The position numbers were made by a program, and so were the translations under genes. A DNA stretch of 32,711 nucleotides from Methanobacteriota archaeon (GTDB taxonomy: Archaea > Thermoplasmatota > E2 > DHVEG-1), in assembly GCA_026394435.1 (NCBI GenBank), contig JAPKYG010000037.1:1-32711 (forward strand). The letters run 5' to 3'. Shown here piece by piece: positions 19,431-29,986 of this stretch. Numbering within the stretch: the stretch's first letter is position 1; the number at the start of each line of letters is the position of its first letter. Under the pieces are notes generated by a model. That model was not told the origin of the DNA. It made no database searches and was given only the letters and a program-made list of their open reading frames with translations.

Positions 19431-22097
19431 ATGGCAGGACGAAATATCACAAAAAAGATTGGGGCGTTGAAGTTTTCAGTGCTTTCGCCAACTGAGATTC
19501 GTAAGATGAGCGCTACAAAGGTTATTACTGCGGATACCTACGATGATGACGGGTTCCCTATCACCATGGGGCTGATGGATCAGCGTCTTAGCGTCATTGA
19601 ACCTGGGCTGCGTTGCAAGACGTGCGGATTGAAAGTCGGCAAGGACAAATGTCCAGGGCATTTTGGGCATATTGATCTTGCGATGCCGGTGATTCATGTC
19701 GGATTTGTAAAGACGATCAGGAATTCTTTACGGGCGACCTGTCGGAAATGCGGACGAATCCTTCTCTCCGATAAAGAGTTGGAGGAGTACCGGAAAACTA
19801 TCATAAAAAACAGCTCAGAGGGACGCGATAACGCATACATGTTCAAGATGATTATCAGCAGCGCGACGAAAACAGATGCATGTCCACGGTGCGGGGCTAT
19901 TAGTGGGAAAATCGACCTGGATAAACCCACGTCGTTTCGGGAGAACGGAAAGAAACTCACACCAACAGAGATTCGAGAGTGGCTCGAGAAAATCCCTGAT
20001 GAAGACCTTCCTTTATTAGATATTAATGTACATTCAGCGCGACCAGAATGGATGGTCCTGACCGTTTTACCGGTACCGCCGGTCACGGTACGACCGTCCG
20101 TTACCCTGGAGACTGGTGAACGATCAGAAGATGATCTGACCCATAAGCTTGTTGATGTCATCAGGATTAACCAGCGGTTACAGGAAAACCGGGACGCTGG
20201 AGCGCCTCAATTAATCGTCGAGGATCTCTGGGAGCTCTTACAGTACCATGTGACAACTTATCTGGATAATCAAACCTCTGGTATTCCGCCAGCGCGACAT
20301 AGGTCCGGCAGACCACTGAAAACCCTTGCCCAACGATTGAAAGGAAAAGAAGGCAGATTCAGAAGTAATCTTTCAGGGAAACGAGTGAACTTCTCCGCGC
20401 GTACGGTTATTTCACCGGATCCCAATCTGAGCATTAATGAAATTGGTGTACCTGCAGAGATCGCCAGAGAACTCACCATACCTGTTCGAGTCACCACCCA
20501 GAACCTTGAATGGTGTAAGAACCTCATTAAACAAACAGCTCAAGGGGAAAAGCCTGGTGACAACTACCGACCTCATGTGAACTACGTGAAACGATACCGT
20601 GAGGGTGTAGAGCAGCGTATGAAAGTCACAGAGAAAAACTCGGATGATATCTCTGAGAAACTTGAGCTTGGGTTTATCATCGAACGACAGCTCATGGATG
20701 GAGATATCGCGTTGTTCAATCGTCAGCCGTCCTTGCATCGGATGTCGATGATGGCACATCGAGTTAAGGTCATGCCTAATCGGTCATTCCGATTCAACCT
20801 TTCTGTCTGTCCCCCGTATAACGCTGATTTTGATGGTGATGAAATGAACCTTCATGTCTTGCAGGGTGAAGAGGCAAAAGCAGAAGCAGAGATTCTCATG
20901 AAAGTACAGGAGAACCTGATGTCACCTCGATTTGGTGGTATCATCATCGGTGGGCTGCATGATCATATTTCAGGCTGTTTCCTTCTTACCTATCAGGATA
21001 AGACGTTTTCAAAAGAGAAAACCTCTGAGATATTGGCAACGTTCAAGTATAAGGGGAAGTTCCCTGAGATCCATGAGGAAAACGGTGAGAGTGTTGTCTA
21101 CGGAAAAGATATCTTCAGCGTGTTACTCCCCAAGAACTTAAACATCGAGTATAAAGCAAAAGCATGTTTCCACTGTGAAGTCTGTAAAGCTGCTGAGTGC
21201 CCAAATGGTGCGTACGTGATCGTGAAAAACGGTAAACTGAAACAAGGAATCGTTGACGAAAACAGCATTGGGGCATTCAAAGGCAGGATTGTTGAACGGA
21301 TCATCAGAGACCATGGGACGACCGCAGGAAGAATGTTCATTGATGACGTCACGAGACTAGGGATCGCAGTGGTGACTGTTATCGGGTTTACCACGAGTAT
21401 CGATGATGAGGATATCCCAACGGAGGCAAAGCGACAGATTGAGGAAGGGTTGCAGAAAGCACAAAACAAGATCAATACTTTAGTCGCTGCATATGAACAT
21501 GGGGAGCTTGAATCCCTCCCGGGTCGAAGCCTGGAAGAAACCTTAGAAATGGAGATCATGCGAGTCACTGGTCGAGCAAGAGACATGGCTGGTGAAATCG
21601 CGAGTAAATACCTTGGATTGAACAACAGCGCTGTCATCATGGCAAAATCAGGCGCCAGGGGATCCATGCTGAACCTGTCTCAGATGTGTGGGTGTGTCGG
21701 GCAACAAGCAGTCCGAGGAGAACGAATCTCCCGGGGATACAAGTACCGGACTTTGCCGCATTTCAAAAAAGGAGACCTAGGAGCAAGTGCAAAAGGATTC
21801 GTTGCTAATAGTTACAAGAGTGGGCTTAACCCCACTGAATATTTCTTCCATTCGATGGGAGGCCGAGAGGGTCTTGTTGATACCGCTGTTCGTACCTCCA
21901 GGTCAGGCTATATGCAGCGTCGTCTCGTCAACGCATTAGAAGACCTCAAAGTAGAAAGCGACGGGACTGTAAGACACACAGGTGGAGAAATCATCCAATT
22001 CAGATATGGTGAAGATGGAGTTGACCCTACACGAAGCACCGCAGGAAAAGCAGTGGATCTTGATCGGATCATTTATGATGTGAAACAGGAGGAATAA
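19431..22097 (+). CDS. rpoA1: RNA polymerase subunit A' (Rpo1N)
   Basis: [24 protein letters not shown], catalytic [11 protein letters not shown] and [11 protein letters not shown]. Confidence 0.98.
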   Translation: MAGRNITKKIGALKFSVLSPTEIRKMSATKVITADTYDDDGFPITMGLMDQRLSVIEPGLRCKTCGLKVGKDKCPGHFGHIDLAMPVIHVGFVKTIRNSLRATCRKCGRILLSDKELEEYRKTIIKNSSEGRDNAYMFKMIISSATKTDACPRCGAISGKIDLDKPTSFRENGKKLTPTEIREWLEKIPDEDLPLLDINVHSARPEWMVLTVLPVPPVTVRPSVTLETGERSEDDLTHKLVDVIRINQRLQENRDAGAPQLIVEDLWELLQYHVTTYLDNQTSGIPPARHRSGRPLKTLAQRLKGKEGRFRSNLSGKRVNFSARTVISPDPNLSINEIGVPAEIARELTIPVRVTTQNLEWCKNLIKQTAQGEKPGDNYRPHVNYVKRYREGVEQRMKVTEKNSDDISEKLELGFIIERQLMDGDIALFNRQPSLHRMSMMAHRVKVMPNRSFRFNLSVCPPYNADFDGDEMNLHVLQGEEAKAEAEILMKVQENLMSPRFGGIIIGGLHDHISGCFLLTYQDKTFSKEKTSEILATFKYKGKFPEIHEENGESVVYGKDIFSVLLPKNLNIEYKAKACFHCEVCKAAECPNGAYVIVKNGKLKQGIVDENSIGAFKGRIVERIIRDHGTTAGRMFIDDVTRLGIAVVTVIGFTTSIDDEDIPTEAKRQIEEGLQKAQNKINTLVAAYEHGELESLPGRSLEETLEMEIMRVTGRARDMAGEIASKYLGLNNSAVIMAKSGARGSMLNLSQMCGCVGQQAVRGERISRGYKYRTLPHFKKGDLGASAKGFVANSYKSGLNPTEYFFHSMGGREGLVDTAVRTSRSGYMQRRLVNALEDLKVESDGTVRHTGGEIIQFRYGEDGVDPTRSTAGKAVDLDRIIYDVKQEE

Positions 22098-22101
22098 TCA
22101 C

Positions 22102-23577
22102 ATGGCAAAACCAGTTCCTAAGAAGAATCGCACACAAAAAAAAGTGGAAAAGAAAAAGCCTGTGAAATTGGCTAAGCCAAAAATCATCCCTGTGAAAACA
22201 AAGAAACAAGTCGTGAAAACAATCGCAAAGAGCAAGGCCCTAAAACCTACGAAAAAATTACAAAAAGTTGAGACCGCTCTCGAGAAGAAAAAACCAGTAG
22301 AAAAGAAAACGAAAAAAGTAACGACAGCGTCTGAGAAAAAAATTGAGAAGAAAAAAGAGCCGGAGCGAACGTTCCTTCCCCCGCCAATAAAAACAGTAGA
22401 AGAACCAAAAGAATACAAGATGATACGAGCAGAAATAAACAAACTGCGGAAAAACCATTTTCTGCCTATTTCTATTATCGATGGTATTGTCGAGCGTGCT
22501 GCACGGGATAAAAAACTAGAGGCTAAATTGAAATACATTGTTGAAAAATCACTTGAAGAATACGCGAAAAATCTGATTGACCCGACTGAAGCATGTGGCA
22601 TAATTGGTGCGCAGAGCATCGGGGAGCCTGGCACACAGATGACCATGAGAACGTTCCACTACGCTGGTGTCGCAGAAATTAACGTTACCCTTGGGCTACC
22701 ACGATTAATTGAGATAGTGGATGCCAGGTCCTCTCCATCAACTCCCATGATGAACATTTATCTTCGAGATGAGTATCGGGTGAACCCGGATTTAGCAAAA
22801 GAGATCGCTAATAAGATAGAGATAACCCGGCTAACTGATGTTGCTGATATTGAAATGGACCTCGTGAACATCACTATATCCATTAAACCAAATAAGAAAA
22901 CCATGGAGAAAAAAGGAATCGCCATCAATGAACTGTTAGGGCGGGTGCAGTCGGTCCGGAAGCTTTCTGCGAAAATCGAAAAAGAAACCGTGAAAGTGAC
23001 GTTGGATGAGCCTGGTTATAAGATACTTCAGAATACAAACGAGACGCTCAAGAACCTGAAAATCAAGGGAATCGACGGGATCAAACGAGTCATCATCCGA
23101 AAGGAGCCGAATGAAGGGTATGTTATCTACAGCGAAGGCAGTAATCTCAAAGAAGTCTTAGATATCGAAGGCGTTGACCCCTACCGGACAACAACGAATG
23201 ATATCCATGCGATTGCCAGGGAACTAGGGATTGAAGCAGCGCGAAACATGATCATCCATGAAGCAAATGCTACCTTGTCAGAACAGGGGTTGAATGTTGA
23301 TATGAGACATATCATGCTTGTTGCTGATGTGATGACTGCTGATGGGACCGTCCGGGCGATTGGCCGACATGGTGTCAGTGGTGAGAAAAGCTCAGTTCTT
23401 TCACGAGCAGCGTTTGAAATCACGGTGAATCATCTCCTGCTGGCGAGTCAGCGGGGGGAATCAGATGAGCTCAATGGTGTCGCAGAGAACATTATCGTTG
23501 GGCAGCCAGTGAACCTTGGTACTGGTGCGATTGAACTTGTTATGAACACAAGAAAACCAAAACAGAAGGGAAAATAG
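22102..23577 (+). CDS. rpoA2: RNA polymerase subunit A'' (Rpo1C) with long Lys-rich N-terminal extension
   Basis: [34 protein letters not shown] and ENIIVGQ; GGAGG SD before the ATG at 22102. Confidence 0.97.
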   Translation: MAKPVPKKNRTQKKVEKKKPVKLAKPKIIPVKTKKQVVKTIAKSKALKPTKKLQKVETALEKKKPVEKKTKKVTTASEKKIEKKKEPERTFLPPPIKTVEEPKEYKMIRAEINKLRKNHFLPISIIDGIVERAARDKKLEAKLKYIVEKSLEEYAKNLIDPTEACGIIGAQSIGEPGTQMTMRTFHYAGVAEINVTLGLPRLIEIVDARSSPSTPMMNIYLRDEYRVNPDLAKEIANKIEITRLTDVADIEMDLVNITISIKPNKKTMEKKGIAINELLGRVQSVRKLSAKIEKETVKVTLDEPGYKILQNTNETLKNLKIKGIDGIKRVIIRKEPNEGYVIYSEGSNLKEVLDIEGVDPYRTTTNDIHAIARELGIEAARNMIIHEANATLSEQGLNVDMRHIMLVADVMTADGTVRAIGRHGVSGEKSSVLSRAAFEITVNHLLLASQRGESDELNGVAENIIVGQPVNLGTGAIELVMNTRKPKQKGK

Positions 23578-23880
23578 ATGGTAGACGTAAATAAAGTATT
23601 AAAAGACGTTTCAAAGAAAGGAAAGATCATTATCGGGGAAAAACAGACGAAAGCAGCGATCCAGAAGGGTACGGCAAAACTCGTGGTAATGGCAAATAAC
23701 TGCCCGTACGCCAAAGCTATTACCGCCCTTGTTACGGAAAACAAGGTGCCAATATACAATTATACCTCCAATGGTGTTGAGCTTGGGTATACCTGCGGAA
23801 AGAGCTTTGCGGTTTCCTCCTTTGCAGTGCTTGATGAAGGGGGATCAAACATCCTGCAGCTCGTGAAGAAAAGGAAATAA
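23578..23880 (+). CDS. rpl30e: 50S ribosomal protein L30e
   Basis: GKIIIG.KQT, AKLVV.A.NCP and ELG..CGK.F; canonical synteny. Confidence 0.95.
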   Translation: MVDVNKVLKDVSKKGKIIIGEKQTKAAIQKGTAKLVVMANNCPYAKAITALVTENKVPIYNYTSNGVELGYTCGKSFAVSSFAVLDEGGSNILQLVKKRK

Positions 23881-23885
23881 CCAGA

Positions 23886-24311
23886 ATGGCAGAGATAACC
23901 CTTTCAAACGAGACCGTTCAGTATATCAACCTTGCATCCATGCATACCGGGGCAAGCATCAGAGACTGTGTCGTTGAGGATGACCGTGTGGTGTTTGTCG
24001 TTGAGAAAGGACAACTCGGGATCGCTATCGGAAGCAAAGCGAAGAATCTGGAGAAACTCCGGTCTCTTTTCAAGAAAAGCGTGAAGTTCGTTGAATTTGA
24101 TGAGGATAAAGCCAGGTTTGTACAAAATCTCTGCAAACCCTATGAAGTGACCAAGGTCAGCCTTGAAGGAAACGATGATGCAAGTGTGGTACGAATAGAA
24201 GTGAACCCCGGGGATAAGTCAAAATTGATTGGGAAAGGCGGACGAAACATCAATATGATCCGGAAGATGGCACAACGTCATCATCCGATAAAGGATGTTC
24301 AAATCGTTTAG
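23886..24311 (+). CDS. nusA: Archaeal NusA (two KH domains)
   Basis: G.LGIAIG and KLIGKGGRNI; follows rpl30e. Confidence 0.94.
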   Translation: MAEITLSNETVQYINLASMHTGASIRDCVVEDDRVVFVVEKGQLGIAIGSKAKNLEKLRSLFKKSVKFVEFDEDKARFVQNLCKPYEVTKVSLEGNDDASVVRIEVNPGDKSKLIGKGGRNINMIRKMAQRHHPIKDVQIV

Positions 24312-24375
24312 GATATCTCTCCTGTAGGTAATACTTTTAAAGGGTGTTGTATTCCAGGTTGGTAGGGGGTACAGT

Positions 24376-25830
24376 GTGCGCATACGAGCTCATCCCATTA
24401 TTGATTTTAAGAAACGAGCGGAGCTTCCGTTTTACTTTCAAAAAAAGAAGTTAGTAGGCGAAGATGGTGACACGATCGCCTCTGCGTTGCATGCGACAGG
24501 GGTGAGAACATTGACAACGAGTCTTAAGTATGAGAGTCCTCGAGGGTTTTTTTGTGGGATTGGGAAATGTTCCTCGTGTCTGATGAGGGTGAATGGTGTT
24601 CCGAATGTGCGGACTTGTATCGCGCCTTTGAAAGAAGGAATCCTTGTTGAGATGCAGGAGAAACTCGCTGAGTTACCAGACGCCGAGTTCTTTGGAGAAC
24701 CCAAAAAAACTATCGATGTTGATGTGCTGATTGTCGGTGCTGGTCCTGCTGGCTTGTGTGCAGCAATCGAGAGTGCGACGCAGGGAGCCTCAGTGTTGAT
24801 TGTTGATGAAAACCAATGTGTCGGGGGACAGTTGGTTAAACAGACCCATAAGTTCTTTGGTTCCAAACAAGAACATGCAGGGACCCGGGGTATTGATATC
24901 GCAAAAGAACTGGAAAACGACCTGCGGAGACTGGAGTGCGAAGGGAAAATCCAGGTTATGACCGATGCGACCGTTATTGGATGTTATGAGAATGACAAAA
25001 AGCATCGGTTTGGGGTGGTGGAACGCCATGAATACAAAAGTAGATTGTACGATGTTCGATGTGACGCAGTGATCCTGGCTTGTGGTGCTATGGAGAACAT
25101 GCTGTTGTTCCCCGGTAACGACCTGCCCGGGGTGTACGGAGCTGGTGCTGTTCAGACACTTATGAATGTCTATGGAGTAAAACCAGGTGAGCGTGTCCTC
25201 ATGGTTGGCGCAGGGAACGTCGGCTTGATTGTCTCATATCAATTATTACAGGCTGGGATTGCAGTCGACCGGGTCGTTGAGGCAGCCCCCTTTATAGGTG
25301 GGTATAATGTTCATGCGGCGAAACTCCGACGATGCGGTGTGCTGATACAAACATCTCATTCTATCAAAGAAGTTTGCGGTGAGAAGAAAGTGGAAGGCGC
25401 GGTTGTCGTACGACTTGATGAGAATTGGAAACCAATCAAAGACTCGGAGGAATATATCAAATGTGATACGATTTGTCTTGCGGTTGGTTTGACTCCTTCG
25501 ACTCGATTGCTTTCTCAGATTGGTGTTAATCTTGAGTTTATTCCTGAGGCAGGTGGGTACGTCGCTCCTCATGACGGGGCGATGCAGACGTCGGTCAAAG
25601 GCGTGTATGTGGCAGGGGATGCCTCTGGTATCGAGGAGGCATCAACCGCGATGATCGAAGGGAAAATCGCTGGTCTTGCCTCAGCCATCCTGTTAGGTCG
25701 TTCCAAGAATAAGAAACTCTTAGCACAGTATCGTGAGGAACTCGCGCAGCTTCGAGCAGGGCCTTTTGGGGAAAAACCACGGATCGCGAAAGAAAAAATA
25801 GCAAAACTAGCGGAGGCACATCATGCGTGA
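24376..25830 (+). CDS. Dye-linked L-proline dehydrogenase/sarcosine oxidase alpha-like subunit (2Fe-2S plus FAD/NAD oxidoreductase)
   Basis: PRGFFCGIGKCSSCLMRVNG..NVRTC, GAGPAG, GGQLVKQTHKFFG, GNDLPGVYGAGA and GIEEAS; GTG start after GGGGGT. Confidence 0.85.
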   Translation: MRIRAHPIIDFKKRAELPFYFQKKKLVGEDGDTIASALHATGVRTLTTSLKYESPRGFFCGIGKCSSCLMRVNGVPNVRTCIAPLKEGILVEMQEKLAELPDAEFFGEPKKTIDVDVLIVGAGPAGLCAAIESATQGASVLIVDENQCVGGQLVKQTHKFFGSKQEHAGTRGIDIAKELENDLRRLECEGKIQVMTDATVIGCYENDKKHRFGVVERHEYKSRLYDVRCDAVILACGAMENMLLFPGNDLPGVYGAGAVQTLMNVYGVKPGERVLMVGAGNVGLIVSYQLLQAGIAVDRVVEAAPFIGGYNVHAAKLRRCGVLIQTSHSIKEVCGEKKVEGAVVVRLDENWKPIKDSEEYIKCDTICLAVGLTPSTRLLSQIGVNLEFIPEAGGYVAPHDGAMQTSVKGVYVAGDASGIEEASTAMIEGKIAGLASAILLGRSKNKKLLAQYREELAQLRAGPFGEKPRIAKEKIAKLAEAHHA

Positions 25831-26284
25831 GTATGAGAAAACCGGCATACTCTCGACGAAAGAGTTGCAGGTTCCCTCAAAGAAGCAGCTTGAGAAAGGG
25901 GTCGCAATCCTTGAGTGTGTTCAGGAGATCCCTTGTAACCCCTGCGTGGATTCCTGTCCGGTTCATGCGATCTCTATGAAAGATATCAACGCGCCACCGG
26001 TGAATGATTTTGAGAAGTGTATTGGGTGTACGAAATGTGTTGGCGTGTGTCCTGGCTTAGCGATTTTTGTGGTAAAAGTCAAAGACGATAAAGCATGGGT
26101 AACGTTACCGTATGAATTTATTACCGTGCCTAAGGTAGGAGATAGTGTACAAGCGTTGGATAGGACAGGTACGGTACGAAGTAAAGCGTTAGTTAAAAAA
26201 ATAGTGAAGCATGGGAAGACCATGGTTGTTACTATTGAGGTCGAGAGCAGTTTAGCTATGGATATCAGGAACATAAGGGTCTGA
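25823..26284 (+). CDS. 4Fe-4S ferredoxin subunit (PdhF-like)
   Basis: ECVQEIPCNPCVDSCP, CIGCTKCVGVCPGLAIF and LPYEF. Confidence 0.82.
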   Translation: MREYEKTGILSTKELQVPSKKQLEKGVAILECVQEIPCNPCVDSCPVHAISMKDINAPPVNDFEKCIGCTKCVGVCPGLAIFVVKVKDDKAWVTLPYEFITVPKVGDSVQALDRTGTVRSKALVKKIVKHGKTMVVTIEVESSLAMDIRNIRV

Positions 26285-26287
26285 TGT

Positions 26288-26560
26288 ATGAAGCGAAGTA
26301 TTGTCTGTCGATGTGAAGATATCAGCGAAGAAGATGTGATTCAAGCAATTGAGGAAGGGTACACAGATATCGAGGAGCTTCGCAAGAAACTTCGGATCGG
26401 TATGGGGCCTTGTCAGGGTCGTGTCTGTATTCAGCTGGTGGCACGAATCCTTGAGAGGAAAACCGGAAAGAAGATATCAGAGATTCATCTTCCGACAGTG
26501 CGGCCTCCGTTGGTTCCTGTATCTCTCGGAACACTGGCAAGTGAGAACGATGAAAAGTAA
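26288..26560 (+). CDS. BFD-like [2Fe-2S] small subunit (PdhX-like)
   Basis: IVCRCEDI..R.GMGPCQGRVC..RPP. Confidence 0.85.
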   Translation: MKRSIVCRCEDISEEDVIQAIEEGYTDIEELRKKLRIGMGPCQGRVCIQLVARILERKTGKKISEIHLPTVRPPLVPVSLGTLASENDEK

Positions 26561-27698
26561 GGCGGATGTCGTCATCATTGGCGGTGGAGTGAACGGTTGT
26601 TCTCTTGCGTACCGTCTCGCAAAAAAAGGGTTGGATGTCGTCGTTGTTGAGAAAAAATATCTTTCATCTGGTGCGACTGGTGCGTGTGGTGCTGGGATTC
26701 GGCAGCAGTGGTCCACACGGGAGAATACGCAACTTGCGATTCAAAGTGTCAAGATCTTTGAACAGTTAAGTTCTGAGCTTGGTCAGGATATTGAGTTCCG
26801 TCAAGGCGGGTATCTGATTGCGGTTCATGATGAAAAAGAGATGAAGCAATCAGAAAAGAATGTCGCGATGCAGCGATCCCTTGGCTTAAAAGTCGATATC
26901 TTGAAACCAGAGGAAATAACCGGTGTTGTACCCATCCTCGATGTCAAGGGCATGAGGGCGATTGGTGCGACGTTCTGTCCGACCGATGGTCATGCCAACC
27001 CGTTTCGTACCACGTTTGCGTATGCTGATGCTGCACGAAAACATGGTGCTGAAATCAACACCCATACCACAGTTATTGATGTAAAAACAGCAAAGAAAGC
27101 AATTCATGCAGTGGTGACGGATCAGGGGACCATACAGACAAACGTGGTCGTAAACGTTGCAGGGATTGATTCTAAAACAATAGCAGAGATGGTAAAGGTA
27201 AAACTGCCTCTTACCCCGTTCCGTAAGGAGATACTGGCAACAGAGCGGTTACAGCCGTTGTTTGAAGCCATGGTGATTTCCTTTAAAGACGGGATTTATT
27301 TTAGTCAGCAGAAAGAAGGACAGATCGTTGGTGGCATTCCCATCCCTGAGGAGAAAGGAGGGTATAAGACGATGCCAACGCTTGCGTTTCTTTCGCATAT
27401 GGCACAAACATTGACGAGGTATGCTCCGGTGTTAAAACATGTGAATGTGTTGCGGCATTGGACCGGGTTCTACGATATGACTCCTGACGCGAGGCCTATC
27501 CTTGGTGAGGTAAAAGGGGTGAAAGGCTTCATCCAGTGTAGTGGGTTTAGTGGCCATGGATTTATGATATCACCGATGGTATCATTCCTCTTAACCGAGC
27601 TGATCGCTGAACAAAAGACTTCTGAGGTCCTTGAAAGTCTTAGCCTTGAACGATTCAAAGGAAAGAACATCGAAAAAGAACTCTCCGTCGTTGGCTAA
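26550..27698 (+). CDS. FAD-dependent oxidoreductase, proline dehydrogenase/sarcosine oxidase beta-like subunit
   Basis: ATG at 26550 gives MKSKADVVIIGGG; GATG.CG.GIRQQ, W.G.YDMTPD.RP and GFSGHGFM. The ORF-track start at 26349 is rejected. Confidence 0.88.
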   Translation: MKSKADVVIIGGGVNGCSLAYRLAKKGLDVVVVEKKYLSSGATGACGAGIRQQWSTRENTQLAIQSVKIFEQLSSELGQDIEFRQGGYLIAVHDEKEMKQSEKNVAMQRSLGLKVDILKPEEITGVVPILDVKGMRAIGATFCPTDGHANPFRTTFAYADAARKHGAEINTHTTVIDVKTAKKAIHAVVTDQGTIQTNVVVNVAGIDSKTIAEMVKVKLPLTPFRKEILATERLQPLFEAMVISFKDGIYFSQQKEGQIVGGIPIPEEKGGYKTMPTLAFLSHMAQTLTRYAPVLKHVNVLRHWTGFYDMTPDARPILGEVKGVKGFIQCSGFSGHGFMISPMVSFLLTELIAEQKTSEVLESLSLERFKGKNIEKELSVVG

Positions 27699-27742
27699 GT
27701 AGGAACCATAATAAATATTGGTTTGGTATCGTGTCGTTGTCT

Positions 27743-29623
27743 ATGGATTATAAAGCAATTGGTTTTAAGGCTGGCCTAGAGATTCATCAGCAGCTTGATA
27801 CCCATAAGTTGTTTTGTTCGTGTCAATCCAGGATTACAGAGAATGCTGAGTATACATTTGAAAGACTGCTTCGACCAACGCAAAGTGAACTTGGTGATGT
27901 TGACCGGGCTGCACTTGAGGAAGCAGCGCGGAAGAGACGGTTCTTGTATACCGCCTCAGGGACATCAACGTGTCTGGTGGAGGCAGATGAGGAGCCACCG
28001 CATGCTGCAAACAAAGAAGCAGTCGATATCTGTTTAATCATGGCAATGCTTCTTGGTGCAAAACCGGTGGATGAAATACAGTTCATGAGGAAAATCGTCA
28101 TTGACGGATCCAACACCACCGGGTTTCAGCGAACCGCCTTGGTTGCTATGGGCGGATCTCTCAAGAACGTGCGGATTTCCAGCCTTGCCTTAGAGGAGGA
28201 TGCTGCTCGAAAGCTCACCGAGAAAGAGAAACTAGTAAACTACGGTCTTGACCGCCTGGGGATACCACTTATTGAGATCACCACCGAGGCAGATATCACC
28301 TCTCCGGAGCATGCACGGGAGGTAGCTGAACAGCTTGGGGTGTTGCTGCAGGCGACAAAAAAGGTGAAACGAGGGTTGGGGACGATACGACAGGATCTGA
28401 ATATTTCTATCGCGAGCGGAGCACGTATCGAGGTCAAAGGGATACAATCGCTGAGTTCTATTTCAAAGGTTGCGGAAAATGAAGCGCTCCGACAGAAGGG
28501 TGTTCTAGAAATCGCAGAAACATTGAGGAGTCGAGCCAAGAAAAGTGATCTGACGTATATTCATAGTATTGACTTGTCCGCTGTGTTTATAAATTCAAAA
28601 TCGAAACTGATTCAGAATCAGCTACAAAACAAGGGACTTGTCAAGGGAATCCGTCTTGCTGGATATCATGGGTTGCTTAAATTGGAGCGGACACGTATCG
28701 GGAAAGATCTTGCGGTCTACGCAGGGCTTGCCTCAGGTATCGGCGGTATTATTCATAGCGATGAGATGCCAGGGTATGGCTTTTCAGAACAAGAGATACA
28801 AGAGGTGAGTAAGCGCATACAGCTGGGTAGCCAGGATGCGTTTGTCCTCGCGCTGGGCAATGAAACCATGGTTGATGCTGCCTTAAATGCTGTTTTGCGA
28901 AGGGCAATGATGTTTTTTGATGGAGTCCCAGAAGAGGTCCGCAGAAGCCTTCCGGATAATACGACTGAGTACATGCGACCGTTACCAGGCGCCGCACGCA
29001 TGTATCCAGAGACAGATGTGCCTCCCGTGCGAATAACAATAGAACGATTACAACGGATACAACTCCCAGAGAAACCTGAGGAGAAACGAAAGCGACTTAC
29101 CATGCAGTACAGCCTGAATGAGGAGCAAATCAATCAGTTACTTTCCAGTGGTTATGAAGATGATTTTGAAAAGTTGGTAAGGCAATTTCCAGACCTGGAG
29201 AGTGTAATTCTTCGTACCTATCTGAATACGTTCTCAGAGCTTGAAAATGAAGGAATTCAAATAGAAATCGTCGATGAAAAAATGCTCATCGAGGTGTTTT
29301 CTGCTTTACGAAAAGGATGGTATGCTAAAGAAGCGGTCCCTCCTCTCTTGAAATATCTTGTGAAGCATCCCAATTCATCTGTGGAGGATGCGATTCAAGG
29401 GTGTGGATTCCAACCCACAGGGGAAGAGGAGATTGTACAGGTTGTACGGAGAATCGTTGCAGAGCGAAAAGACTTTGTCAAAGAACGAGGGACTAGCGCG
29501 CTTGGTCCACTCATGGGTCTGGTGATGAAAGAGCTGCGAGGAAAGGCTGACGGCAAGCTGATCAGTAAAACCCTTCATGAGGAGATTTTTAAGGTTATTT
29601 CGTCGGCCACTCCAACCAACTAA
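27743..29623 (+). CDS. gatE: Glu-tRNA(Gln) amidotransferase subunit E
   Basis: MDY..G.K.GLEIHQQL..KLFC, MRKIVIDGSNT.GFQRT, LDRLGIPLIE, RGLGTIRQD and RPLPGAARMYPETD; probably leaderless (TAAATA about 27712-27717). Confidence 0.96.
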   Translation: MDYKAIGFKAGLEIHQQLDTHKLFCSCQSRITENAEYTFERLLRPTQSELGDVDRAALEEAARKRRFLYTASGTSTCLVEADEEPPHAANKEAVDICLIMAMLLGAKPVDEIQFMRKIVIDGSNTTGFQRTALVAMGGSLKNVRISSLALEEDAARKLTEKEKLVNYGLDRLGIPLIEITTEADITSPEHAREVAEQLGVLLQATKKVKRGLGTIRQDLNISIASGARIEVKGIQSLSSISKVAENEALRQKGVLEIAETLRSRAKKSDLTYIHSIDLSAVFINSKSKLIQNQLQNKGLVKGIRLAGYHGLLKLERTRIGKDLAVYAGLASGIGGIIHSDEMPGYGFSEQEIQEVSKRIQLGSQDAFVLALGNETMVDAALNAVLRRAMMFFDGVPEEVRRSLPDNTTEYMRPLPGAARMYPETDVPPVRITIERLQRIQLPEKPEEKRKRLTMQYSLNEEQINQLLSSGYEDDFEKLVRQFPDLESVILRTYLNTFSELENEGIQIEIVDEKMLIEVFSALRKGWYAKEAVPPLLKYLVKHPNSSVEDAIQGCGFQPTGEEEIVQVVRRIVAERKDFVKERGTSALGPLMGLVMKELRGKADGKLISKTLHEEIFKVISSATPTN

Positions 29624-29933
29624 CGTTTCCGTTCTCTAGAAGGTTCTTGATATGGTCTTGTTCTGGGGTACGAATTGTTTTTCTTGTTTTAAACCAGACA
29701 AAGAGGATTTTATCTTCTTCAAATTGAATTCCATCGATGGGGTCTCCAAGATACCGGAAATTTTCAGGGTTATAGGGGTACTGTTTCATGAACGTTTGAT
29801 ATTGTTGTGAGGTGAGTTTTCCTATTCTTTGATGTAACGGGGTAATTGCTGTTCGATAGGAGAGTGCCACTCCTGCGATGACTCCGATTACAATACCGAT
29901 AAAAAATACCCATACCGTCATTAGTGGATCCAT
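29595..29933 (-). CDS. Membrane-anchored Holliday-junction-resolvase-like (Endonuc_Holl-type) protein, degenerate active site
   Basis: N-terminal hydrophobic helix; YPYNPENFRYLGDPIDGIQF..ILFVWFKT; start at the 29933 ATG behind GTGAGGA. Confidence 0.7.
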   Translation of the reverse strand: MDPLMTVWVFFIGIVIGVIAGVALSYRTAITPLHQRIGKLTSQQYQTFMKQYPYNPENFRYLGDPIDGIQFEEDKILFVWFKTRKTIRTPEQDHIKNLLENGNVSWLEWPTK

Positions 29934-29986
29934 GGTTTCTTCCTCACGTAAAAGGGATACACGAAGAGGTTGAATACGTTTTCTCA

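Noticed and set aside
21160-21205. [12 protein letters not shown] Cys cluster in RpoA1
   Set aside because: Corresponds to a metal-binding insertion already seen in other archaeal Rpo1N proteins
16053-22097. Inteins or introns in the RNAP genes or the tRNA
   Set aside because: Lengths are canonical and motifs contiguous; no intein termini or bulge-helix-bulge intron was seen
22098-22646. 182-aa Phe-rich antisense ORF
   Set aside because: Mirror of the AAA/AAG codons in the RpoA2 Lys-rich arm; no independent signals
26349-26549. N-terminal extension of the beta-subunit ORF
   Set aside because: Overlaps the 2Fe-2S gene; the Rossmann fold begins right after the ATG at 26550
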